Source: Candidatus Limnocylindrales bacterium (GTDB lineage: Bacteria; Chloroflexota; Limnocylindria; Limnocylindrales; CSP1-4). Taken from it: a stretch of 32,074 nt of DNA. The notes below the pieces were generated by a model. That model was not told where the DNA came from and did no database searches. It saw only the letters and a program-made list of their open reading frames with translations. Below, in pieces: positions 25,933 through 32,074 of the stretch. The position numbers were made by a program, and so were the translations under genes. How positions within the stretch are numbered: the first letter of the stretch is position 1; every line of letters starts with the position of its first letter. The stretch spans positions 1 through 32,074 of the forward strand of contig DASXSA010000073.1 of assembly GCA_036506235.1 (NCBI GenBank), given 5' to 3'.

Positions 25933-27423
25933 ATGCGCCGACCTGTGAGGTGGTCCCGGACCGTGGCTCGACCCGATCCAGCGCGCGGCGAGGACCCCGA
26001 CCGCATCCGGGATATCACACCCACCGGAGGCTTCGCCGGACAGCTCGCGCTCGAGCTTCGTCTCGAGGCCGGCGAGCTCCCGCGGCTGCTGATCAGCCCC
26101 GAGTGGAAGGATCAGCAGCGGCTGTGGGGCCACAGCTACCACCCGATGTGCTCGTATCTCGCGAGCTTCCCGGCGGCACTCAGCCACGCGTTCATCGCCC
26201 GCTACTCGCGGCCGGGCGACGTGGTCCTCGATCCGTTCAGTGGGAGGGGCACAACGCCGCTCCAGGCCTGTGCGGAGGGGCGAATTGGCGTTGGCAATGA
26301 CCTCAACCCGTTCGCACACCTCCTCACCGCAGCGAAAGTCGAACCGGCAAGCCCGCCCGAAGCCCGAACTCGACTCGCGGCCTTGCGCCTGGCGTGGGCC
26401 TCGGCCTCGACGGCCTGGAGCGAGCTCGCCGATGAGGTCGCCTCGAGCGTCCGTTCGAGCCCCGAACTATCGACGATCCTGGTGCCCAAAGCAGGATCAG
26501 GCGCGGCGTCCGCGGCCGGGACCGAGGTCGTCCCGGCGGAGGTCGGCCTCTCGTTCCACCCGCGTACATTCGCCCAGCTGCTGTTCGTGCGGGCGTCCCT
26601 GCGGCAGGAGGCGCGTGTCGATCGCTTCCTGGCCGCCGCCCTGACCGGCATCCTGCACGGCAAGAGCGCGACGTACCTGTCCGAGGTGATGCCCAACACC
26701 TTCAGCATGGCGCCGCGCTACGTGCGCGACTACGTGATCCGGACCGGGTTTCAATCCCCGGAGCGCGACGTGTTCCGCTGCCTGGAGCTCAAGCTCGACC
26801 GTCTGTTTCGGCAGCCGGCGCCTGCCAGCCCTGGTCTCGCCCTCGCGGGCGACGCTCGTGACGCCGGCGTGCGTGCACGACAGGCGCTTCGCGCTCGTGG
26901 GCTCCCGGAGCGCGCACGACTCGTGCTCGGCTCGCCGCCCTATCTGAGGGTCGTGAAGTACGGCTACTACAACTGGCTGCGGGCGTGGTTCCTGGGGCTC
27001 GACCCGCGCGAGATCGACGACACGCTGGACGATGCCCACCATCGCGAGCCATATCTCGCATTCATGCGCGACGTCCTGGGCGGCCTTCGGCCGATCCTCG
27101 CCGAGGACGCGGTCGTCGTGCTCGTGATCGGCGATGTCGAGCTGGACCGCGGGCGCAGGATTCGAACGGGAATCGGGCTCGCGGAGCAGGTCTGGGCGGC
27201 CGCCGCCCAGCCCGAGGGCTATCGCCTCGCCGGTGTTGCTCTCGACGACGTCGCCGCCCACCGCAAGATGACGAAGCTGTGGGGCGACGAGGCCGGGCGT
27301 GCGACGAAGACCGACCGCATCCTCGTCCTCGGGGCGTCCGAGCTCGGGCGCCGGCGAGCGCTCAACGGTGCCTCTGTCCCGATCGACTGGACCTGGCCAC
27401 CTCGAGGGCTGCGGGCGCTCTGA
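25933..27423 (+). CDS. SAM-dependent DNA methyltransferase, motif order I...IV, SPPY catalytic motif (possible N4-cytosine or N6-adenine MTase)
   Basis: Motif X/I HPMCSYLASFPAALSHAFIARYSRPGDVVLDPFSGRGTTPLQA (nt about 26230-26256). Motif IV LVLGSPPYLRVVKYGYYNW (SPPY at nt 26932-26943) about 230 aa downstream. The start is uncertain: ATG 25933, GTG 25945 or GTG 25963. The track start 25729 is unlikely. Confidence 0.8.
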   Translation: MRRPVRWSRTVARPDPARGEDPDRIRDITPTGGFAGQLALELRLEAGELPRLLISPEWKDQQRLWGHSYHPMCSYLASFPAALSHAFIARYSRPGDVVLDPFSGRGTTPLQACAEGRIGVGNDLNPFAHLLTAAKVEPASPPEARTRLAALRLAWASASTAWSELADEVASSVRSSPELSTILVPKAGSGAASAAGTEVVPAEVGLSFHPRTFAQLLFVRASLRQEARVDRFLAAALTGILHGKSATYLSEVMPNTFSMAPRYVRDYVIRTGFQSPERDVFRCLELKLDRLFRQPAPASPGLALAGDARDAGVRARQALRARGLPERARLVLGSPPYLRVVKYGYYNWLRAWFLGLDPREIDDTLDDAHHREPYLAFMRDVLGGLRPILAEDAVVVLVIGDVELDRGRRIRTGIGLAEQVWAAAAQPEGYRLAGVALDDVAAHRKMTKLWGDEAGRATKTDRILVLGASELGRRRALNGASVPIDWTWPPRGLRAL

Positions 27424-27484
27424 TCACGCGCTGACGGCGCGTGCGATCTCGTCACCGGCGGTGGGCCGGCCGCTCACTGATCCC

Positions 27485-27730
27485 ATGGCTACAATCGCCG
27501 CCGTGAAGATCATGTACGACGACCGGGATCTGGCGGCGATGGATCCGCTGGTCCTGATGAAGAACCTGGACCACGTCCGGATCACCAGCCGCCGACTGTC
27601 GTACATCCTCCAGCAGCAGGTCCACCTCTACGTGCCGGAGGCCAACCAGCTTCGCGAGCAGATCGATCGCTACGTCGAGGCCGAGCGCCAGATCGAAGCC
27701 GAGATGGCCCGCCGCCAGATCCGGGCGTAG
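27485..27730 (+). CDS. Small hypothetical protein (81 aa), predicted helical/coiled C-terminus
   Basis: Strong GC3 codon bias and balanced amino-acid composition (MATIAAVKIMYDDRDLAAMDPLVLMKNLDHV...EQIDRYVEAERQIEAEMARRQIRA). 61 nt downstream of the MTase. No clear RBS. Confidence 0.6.
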   Translation: MATIAAVKIMYDDRDLAAMDPLVLMKNLDHVRITSRRLSYILQQQVHLYVPEANQLREQIDRYVEAERQIEAEMARRQIRA

Positions 27731-27786
27731 CTGTCGAGCGCGCATGGGCGCGTCGATGGGCCTGTTCCGCGTGGCCAACCCGATCC

Positions 27787-27968
27787 ATGGCCAAATGAGG
27801 GTCCTGTGCACGCTAGGGCGGGTAGACGACGTGCGGCCGTCCAGTGGGACACACCGGGGCACAAACATCGGCCCGAGGTGAGCACGGACCGGGACAAGTC
27901 CAAGCAGTTTTCCGTGGGAGACGAGAGCAAGTCCTGATCTAACGTGCACAGCAGGCGCGTTTGGCCAT
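27787..27968. ncRNA. Candidate structured RNA (class and strand unknown)
   Basis: Lies in a 426-nt gap with no credible ORF and lower GC. ATGGCCAAA (27787-27795) pairs with TTTGGCCAT (27960-27968). CTGTGCACG (27804-27812) pairs with CGTGCACAG (27943-27951). Together they close about 130 nt that contain internal repeats (GTGGGAC/GTGGGAG, CAAGTCC x2). Confidence 0.35.
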
Positions 27969-28040
27969 CATCTGGCTGGCTCCGATGCCGAGCACGGCCG
28001 GAATACGAAACTCCCGCTGGTGCCCGATCGTGCCTGAATA

Positions 28041-28072
28041 CGAAACCCCCGCCGATCCCGGCGGGGGTTTCG
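28041..28072. terminator. Strong GC hairpin (bidirectional terminator candidate)
   Basis: 14-bp perfect stem CGAAACCCCCGCCG / CGGCGGGGGTTTCG with loop ATCC. It lies 85 nt downstream of the minus-strand 28157..28534 gene and downstream of the candidate RNA on the plus strand. There is no long U-tract. Confidence 0.5.
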
Positions 28073-28156
28073 TGCGTCCGTCAATAGAGACGGCGATGAA
28101 TGCTTCCCGGCCGATGGCCAGCGGACCCTCGACCGCGCAGGCCCTGGCGGGCGGGC

Positions 28157-28534
28157 TCAGGCGCCCACTGGCGCCCCCACGAGAATCCGACCTCCGGGTC
28201 CTCCCGTTACCGGGGTCTCTGATCCTCGACCTTCCACGGGTTGAACGGCTGGTGGTGCCACGACCCGAACCTGTTCGCGCGCCCGACGCTCCCCCTCGTC
28301 GGCGATGACTCGCCCGACGAGCGCCGCCAGGGCCGGAAGCTGGGGAAGCCCGAAGCCGATACCGTGCTCGGCGAGCTCTTCGAAGCCCCAACCCTGGTAG
28401 AGACCGCGGCCAGCGACCGCACACATCTCGTCGTACAGATCCGGCCAACCCATGCGCCGGCGCCGATAGCAGAAGCGAACGAAGTCCGCTGCCTCCGAGG
28501 AGGACTCGGCCTCAGCTGCTCCGCGGGAATCCAT
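28157..28534 (-). CDS. Hypothetical protein (125 aa)
   Basis: GGAAGGAGG RBS 10 nt upstream of the ATG. The N-terminal 80 aa are protein-like (FVRFCYRRRRMGWPDLYDEMCAVAGRGLYQGWGFEELAEHGIGFGLPQLPAL). The C-terminus is disordered-looking. The competing frame 28207..28608 has off-frame composition. Confidence 0.55.
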   Translation of the reverse strand: MDSRGAAEAESSSEAADFVRFCYRRRRMGWPDLYDEMCAVAGRGLYQGWGFEELAEHGIGFGLPQLPALAALVGRVIADEGERRAREQVRVVAPPAVQPVEGRGSETPVTGGPGGRILVGAPVGA

Positions 28535-28723
28535 GAATGGCGTGCCTCCTTCCCTCGATGAGCCGTGCCAAAGGCTCTCCCTACCGGGCCGGGGGCGCGA
28601 ACAACCACGGAATTTGGGCAGTTGCCCGAGCCCCCGGGGTCCTCGACCGCTCGGCTCGGTGACCCTCTCCCGACCGGTCAGGCGCGCATCGTAGGGCGGC
28701 CGTAGCCGATCGGGGAAGGGGGT

Positions 28724-28756
28724 TTGTCCACCATCTCGTCCACCAAGTTATCCACA
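28724..28756 (+). promoter_or_regulatory. Three head-to-tail DnaA-box-like 9-mers at 12-nt phasing
   Basis: TTGTCCACC (28724), TCGTCCACC (28736) and TTATCCACA (28748). The last is the perfect E. coli consensus. The first differs by 1 nt from the high-GC Gram-positive consensus TTGTCCACA. The cluster is intergenic, about 190-220 nt upstream of the 125-aa gene. Confidence 0.35.
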
Positions 28757-28769
28757 TGAACGCGCGTTC

Positions 28770-29900
28770 TCAGATGGATGCAGTAGAGCCGATCCGGGCT
28801 TCATCAGCGGCCTCGTCCGACGGGCTTGCGGCGGCCCGGATCGCCCGCCGTCCGAGCCCAAGCCCGGGCCGTTCGGTCAGTCGCCAGCGGCAGTCGTCGT
28901 CCAGGTCCAGGCCCTCGAAGGGATCGTCGGCGATGAGCAGCGAGCCGTCGAGGTCGACCCACTCCGCGAGCGATGCGACCGCCGCGGACGCGCCAATGGC
29001 GACGGACGTCTCTTCCATGCAGCCGAGGAACGTGCGCAGGCCAAGCTCGCGCGCCCGGGCCAGCATGCGTCGCGCCGGACCTACCCCGCCGCACTTCGCG
29101 AGCTTGACGTTGACTCCGGCGACGAGACCGGCGAGTCCGTCCAGGTCGTCGATCGTCACGGCGCTCTCGTCCGCCACGATCGGGATCTCGGAGCGCTCCT
29201 GCAGCCATCGGAGCTGATCCAGTCGGTGCCTTGGGAAGGGCTGCTCGATGAGCTCAACGCCCAGCCGCACGAGCTCCGGGATCAAGTGCGCGGCCTGCCC
29301 GGGCTGCCAGCCTGTGTTGGCGTCGACGCGGATGGGCCCGTCGTACACCGATCGAACCGCTGCCAGCGTCTCCATGTCCGCCGGCCCGCCGACCTTGACC
29401 TTGAGCGCCGGGAATCGCGCCGCGCGTCGGGCTCGCTCCGCAACGACTGTAGGCTCGTCGAGGCCCAGTGTGAAGTCGGTCGGGGGAATCTCGGGCGTCA
29501 GCCGCAGCAGTGCATGCAGAGGCAGCCCCTGCGCTTTGCCAGCCAGGTCGTGCAGCGCGATGTCGAGCGCGCACTTGGCCGCTCCGTTGTGGGCGATCGA
29601 CGTGTCGAAGGCAGCCGAGACCCGAGCGAGGTCGTCGACCGTCCATCGGTCGGGGCCGCCCGGCAGGTCATCGACCGAGCCCAGCAGGCGGGGCATGACC
29701 ACTGCCATGGTTTCGGGCGTCTCGCCGTAGTAGGAGTCGGGATATCCCTCGCCGATCCCAACGAGCCCGTCCTCTCCCGCGATCCGCAGCTCCACGATCA
29801 CCGTGGTGGACGTTCGTCCCTCGCCCTCGGAGCTGCGCGCGATCACGAACGGATCACGCAGCGGCAGCACCAGCGTCTCGTGCCGAAGCGAGAACCTCAT
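28770..29900 (-). CDS. Enolase-superfamily dipeptide-epimerase-like racemase (L-Ala-D/L-Glu epimerase / DgcA-type N-acetyl-D-Glu racemase family)
   Basis: ATG at 29900 (MRFSLRHETLVLPL...). KxK in ALKVKVGG, RVDANTGW, LIEQP, VADES, second Lys in NVKLAKCGG. The upstream 274 codons of track ORF 28770..30722 are an out-of-frame overlap with the DUF1611 gene. Confidence 0.85.
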   Translation of the reverse strand: MRFSLRHETLVLPLRDPFVIARSSEGEGRTSTTVIVELRIAGEDGLVGIGEGYPDSYYGETPETMAVVMPRLLGSVDDLPGGPDRWTVDDLARVSAAFDTSIAHNGAAKCALDIALHDLAGKAQGLPLHALLRLTPEIPPTDFTLGLDEPTVVAERARRAARFPALKVKVGGPADMETLAAVRSVYDGPIRVDANTGWQPGQAAHLIPELVRLGVELIEQPFPRHRLDQLRWLQERSEIPIVADESAVTIDDLDGLAGLVAGVNVKLAKCGGVGPARRMLARARELGLRTFLGCMEETSVAIGASAAVASLAEWVDLDGSLLIADDPFEGLDLDDDCRWRLTERPGLGLGRRAIRAAASPSDEAADEARIGSTASI

Positions 29901-31006
29901 GCGCTGGGGACGACCGCCTGGACGATCTCGTCGACGGCCACCTGGATGTCGCGCCAGAGCCCTTCGGGCCCGAAGCGGAACGGGTCGTCGCACGGCAGGC
30001 CGGTTTCGGCCGCGGTCTGCTCGACGACGCGGCGGGCGGCTGCTTCGTCCTCGATCAGCGAGGAATTCAGGGCGACCGCCACAACCTTCGAAGGCGCGAC
30101 GAGCGCAGCGACCTCCTCGTGGACGCGGATGAACTCGGGCAGCGGCTTGATCGGAGCGGACAGGCCGGGGACGTGGTCGAAGTCGTGCTCGACGAGGCCT
30201 GGCTTGTGGACCATGACCATGGCGTGCGGCGTCGTGCCGTGGATGAGGCCGAGCGTCACCGACGAATAGGCCGGGTGATCCAGGGAGCCCTGGCCCTCGA
30301 CGAAGACCCAGTCGCCTCGCTCCTCGCCCTGGGCGACCAGCCACTCGCAGGTGCCCTGGACGAAATCGCTGATGACCCGATCGACGGCAAACCCCCAGCC
30401 CTCGATCATGATCCCGGTCTGGCCGGTTGGGACGAAGGCCGCGGACTCGCCCGATTCGCGCGCGGCGCGGACGAGCTCCAGCGCAACCGACATCTTGCCG
30501 ATGCCACAGTCGGTGCCGACCGTGAGGATCACCCGCTTGCCTGGGCCATGCGGTCTGCCCACCGCAGTCTCCATCCAGGTCGGTGGACGGCGGTAGTCGA
30601 CGATCTCGACGCCACGTTCGCGCGCCGCGGCCGCCAACTCGGGATCGTCGCCGATGAACGTATGCAGACCGGACAGGATGTCGAGTCCGGCGTCGATGGC
30701 GGTCCGGATGATGTGCCGCCACTCCGCGGGAAGGCGGCCTCCGGTTGGCGCGATGCCAATGAGCAGGGCGGTCGGTCGAAGCGCCAGTGCGTCGTCGAAC
30801 GAGTCGACGATCGGGATGTCGAACCGCGGGCCGAGGTACTCGGCGACCGACCGGCCGGCGTTCGTCGAATCGATGACGGCAACGACGGGGTCGCTGCCGT
30901 AGCGGATCACGCCCATGGCGGTCTTGCCGTGGTGAAAGCTGAACTGCCCCTCGGCCAGGACCGCGAGCCGACGCTCGCCGCCAGCCGAACCCCTGCCGCC
31001 TCCCAT
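29897..31006 (-). CDS. DUF1611-family protein (DgcN-type putative N-acetyltransferase)
   Basis: RRLAVLAEGQFSFHHGKTAMGVIRYG N-terminus and the P-loop-like GTDCGIGKMS typical of DUF1611. The stop overlaps the epimerase start (ATGA). Confidence 0.85.
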   Translation of the reverse strand: MGGGRGSAGGERRLAVLAEGQFSFHHGKTAMGVIRYGSDPVVAVIDSTNAGRSVAEYLGPRFDIPIVDSFDDALALRPTALLIGIAPTGGRLPAEWRHIIRTAIDAGLDILSGLHTFIGDDPELAAAARERGVEIVDYRRPPTWMETAVGRPHGPGKRVILTVGTDCGIGKMSVALELVRAARESGESAAFVPTGQTGIMIEGWGFAVDRVISDFVQGTCEWLVAQGEERGDWVFVEGQGSLDHPAYSSVTLGLIHGTTPHAMVMVHKPGLVEHDFDHVPGLSAPIKPLPEFIRVHEEVAALVAPSKVVAVALNSSLIEDEAAARRVVEQTAAETGLPCDDPFRFGPEGLWRDIQVAVDEIVQAVVPSA

Positions 31007-31064
31007 TCGGCGAGTCTACGACGGGCCAGGGGATACCCTTGCGGGCCCCTGACGAGGATCCGTG

Positions 31065-31574
31065 CTATTCGGGCGCCCAGAGATCGATCTGTGGAAGCGC
31101 GTGAATGCCCAAGGTCTGCGACAGCTCGCCGCAGTGGTAGGCGTCGTGGCTTAACAGCCGCTGGAGGATCGACCCTCGTCGATGGACCTGGTGCCGCCCG
31201 AGGTACTCGCGATCGATCTCGTCGTCAACCATCTCCGGGGTCCAGCGGTCGAGGCAGCCCTCGACCAACCGGAACGTCGAGTCGAGCGCCTCGACCAACT
31301 CATCGGCGTCGTGGGGATGATCGAGATCGTCCTCCCAGCCCTCTTCCGTGCCGATTTGAAAGGGTGTGGTCTCCGCACCCGGCTCGCCGATCACTTCGCA
31401 CAGCCAGTACACGCGCGCGGCCGCGGTGTGGCCGACGGTTGCCCAGATCGGCCAGCGGTCTGGCGAAGGCCGGATCGCCAACTGCTCATCGCTCATGGCA
31501 GCGACTACCTGGCGCAGCCGGCGGTTGTACTGGGGCCACATGTCGAAGAACGGCCGAATCGTCGTTGTGCTCAT
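31065..31574 (-). CDS. DinB-family (DinB_2) four-helix-bundle metalloprotein
   Basis: Characteristic length (169 aa). W...RP...WSI/WAT..H motif (RPSPDRWPIWATVGHTA) and C-terminal HDAYHCGEL His motif. Confidence 0.85.
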   Translation of the reverse strand: MSTTTIRPFFDMWPQYNRRLRQVVAAMSDEQLAIRPSPDRWPIWATVGHTAAARVYWLCEVIGEPGAETTPFQIGTEEGWEDDLDHPHDADELVEALDSTFRLVEGCLDRWTPEMVDDEIDREYLGRHQVHRRGSILQRLLSHDAYHCGELSQTLGIHALPQIDLWAPE

Positions 31575-31660
31575 GTGGGCTACCGTACTCCCAGCCCTGG
31601 GTGGACCTGCGCAGCCCGCGGCCCCCGTGAACGCTGTTCAACAAAGGGAGGCTCCGAACG

Positions 31661-32074
31661 ATGGCGAACGCACCGATCATCCTCGTCCCCGGATTCTGGC
31701 TCGGCGCCTGGGCATGGGATGAAGTCGCCGAGGCACTGCGCGCGGACGGCCACCAGGTCACCGCGCTGACGCTGCCGGGCCTCGAGTCGTCGGAATCCGA
31801 CCGATCGGCCATCACGCTGTCAGACCACGTCGACGCGATCGTCGATGCGGTTCGCGCCGCCGACGCCCCGGTCGTGCTCGTCGTCCACAGCGCGAGCGGG
31901 TTCAGCGGGTACGCCGCGAGCGACCGCGTTCCGGAGCGCATCGCCGCCATGGTCTACGTTGACACGGCGCCGGGGAAGGGTGCGCTGGACCCGGACTTCA
32001 AGGACGCGGAGAAGCCACTCGTGTGGGAGGCCGTCGAGAAAGAGGAGAACCTCGAGGGCCTCAGCGAGGAGCAG
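31661..32074 (+). CDS. Alpha/beta-fold hydrolase, 3' partial (runs off the window)
   Basis: Not in the ORF track because there is no stop. AAGGGAGG RBS 9 nt before the ATG at 31661. Translation MANAPIILVPGFWLGAWAWDEVAEALRADGHQVTALTLPG...VVLVVHSASGFSG (nucleophile-elbow-like HSASG). Confidence 0.8.
   Translation, partial: MANAPIILVPGFWLGAWAWDEVAEALRADGHQVTALTLPGLESSESDRSAITLSDHVDAIVDAVRAADAPVVLVVHSASGFSGYAASDRVPERIAAMVYVDTAPGKGALDPDFKDAEKPLVWEAVEKEENLEGLSEEQ

Noticed and set aside
27155-27167. 13-nt exact match (GCAGGATTCGAAC) to the T-arm region of the tRNA-Arg gene (24761-24773), a possible att repeat marking an island.
   Set aside because: It lies on the 5' side of the minus-strand tRNA rather than beyond its 3' end. 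It sits inside the MTase coding frame (GRRIRTG), is short, and no integrase is present. Most likely chance.
27452-28308. Track ORFs in the non-coding gap (27452..27949 -, 27670..27930 -, 27961..28308 +) and a 45-codon plus-strand ORF at 27744..27881.
   Set aside because: They show skewed Arg/Pro/Ser/Cys composition, have no RBS, overlap better-supported genes or the terminator hairpin, and have mixed third-position GC. None looks like a real gene, although a micropeptide at 27744 cannot be excluded.
28724-28756. Whether the DnaA-box cluster marks the chromosomal origin (oriC).
   Set aside because: There are only three boxes. There is no adjacent AT-rich unwinding element and no dnaA, dnaN, rpmH, gidA or parAB genes in the window. 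A regulatory or titration site is more plausible than an origin.
29901-30722. N-terminal 274 codons of the 650-aa track ORF 28770..30722.
   Set aside because: This part is Arg/Pro/Gly junk lying in a different frame over the well-supported DUF1611 gene. The real epimerase gene begins at the internal ATG 29900 (MRFSLRHE...), which forms an ATGA overlap with the DUF1611 stop.

Overview
This is a high-GC (roughly 70%) bacterial chromosomal segment. The style fits Actinobacteria or Chloroflexi, but I cannot fix the taxon from the sequence alone. I support about 33 protein genes, one tRNA-Arg(UCU), two strong intrinsic-terminator hairpins and a few candidate regulatory sites.

**1-13.7 kb: sugar-acid catabolic island.**
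- A tungsto/molybdopterin aldehyde:ferredoxin oxidoreductase (5' partial) sits with the oxidative non-phosphorylative L-fucose/D-arabinose-type genes: aldo-keto reductase, amidohydrolase-2 lactonase, FAH-family enzyme, IclR regulator and L-fuconate dehydratase.
- These are followed by a CUT1-type ABC importer (lipoprotein binding protein and two permeases, no ATPase) and a KDPG-aldolase / galactonate-dehydratase-like / KDG-kinase trio.

**13.7-20.5 kb.**
- APH-type phosphotransferase.
- Zn-ribbon class III adenylate cyclase abutting a fructose-6-P-aldolase/transaldolase and a PfkB kinase.
- PPK2.
- 14-TMS MFS exporter.

**20.6-24.8 kb (minus strand, downstream of the tRNA).**
- Tat-secreted Gly-rich repeat protein.
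- Doubtful small basic ORF.
- Protein with a roughly 500-aa TPR-like helical-repeat region and a C-terminal class III cyclase, translationally coupled to a stand-alone patatin phospholipase.

**24.9-28.8 kb: accessory-looking stretch.**
- Secreted protein with 8 x 15-nt EAPE(T/S) repeats.
- Solitary DNA methyltransferase with motif order I...TRD...IV(SPPY).
- Two small conserved-looking proteins.
- A 426-nt gene-free gap containing a roughly 180-nt element closed by long-range helices (candidate ncRNA).
- Three phased DnaA-box-like 9-mers.

**28.8-32 kb.**
- DUF1611 / dipeptide-epimerase-like pair (DgcN/DgcA-type).
- DinB-family protein.
- 3'-partial alpha/beta hydrolase.

No CRISPR array, rRNA, transposase or integrase was seen. 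The most interesting candidates for something undescribed are the TPR-cyclase + patatin operon, the structured non-coding gap with neighbouring DnaA boxes, and the AOR embedded in a bacterial sugar-acid pathway. All functional calls come from motif and family recognition by eye. No database search was run.
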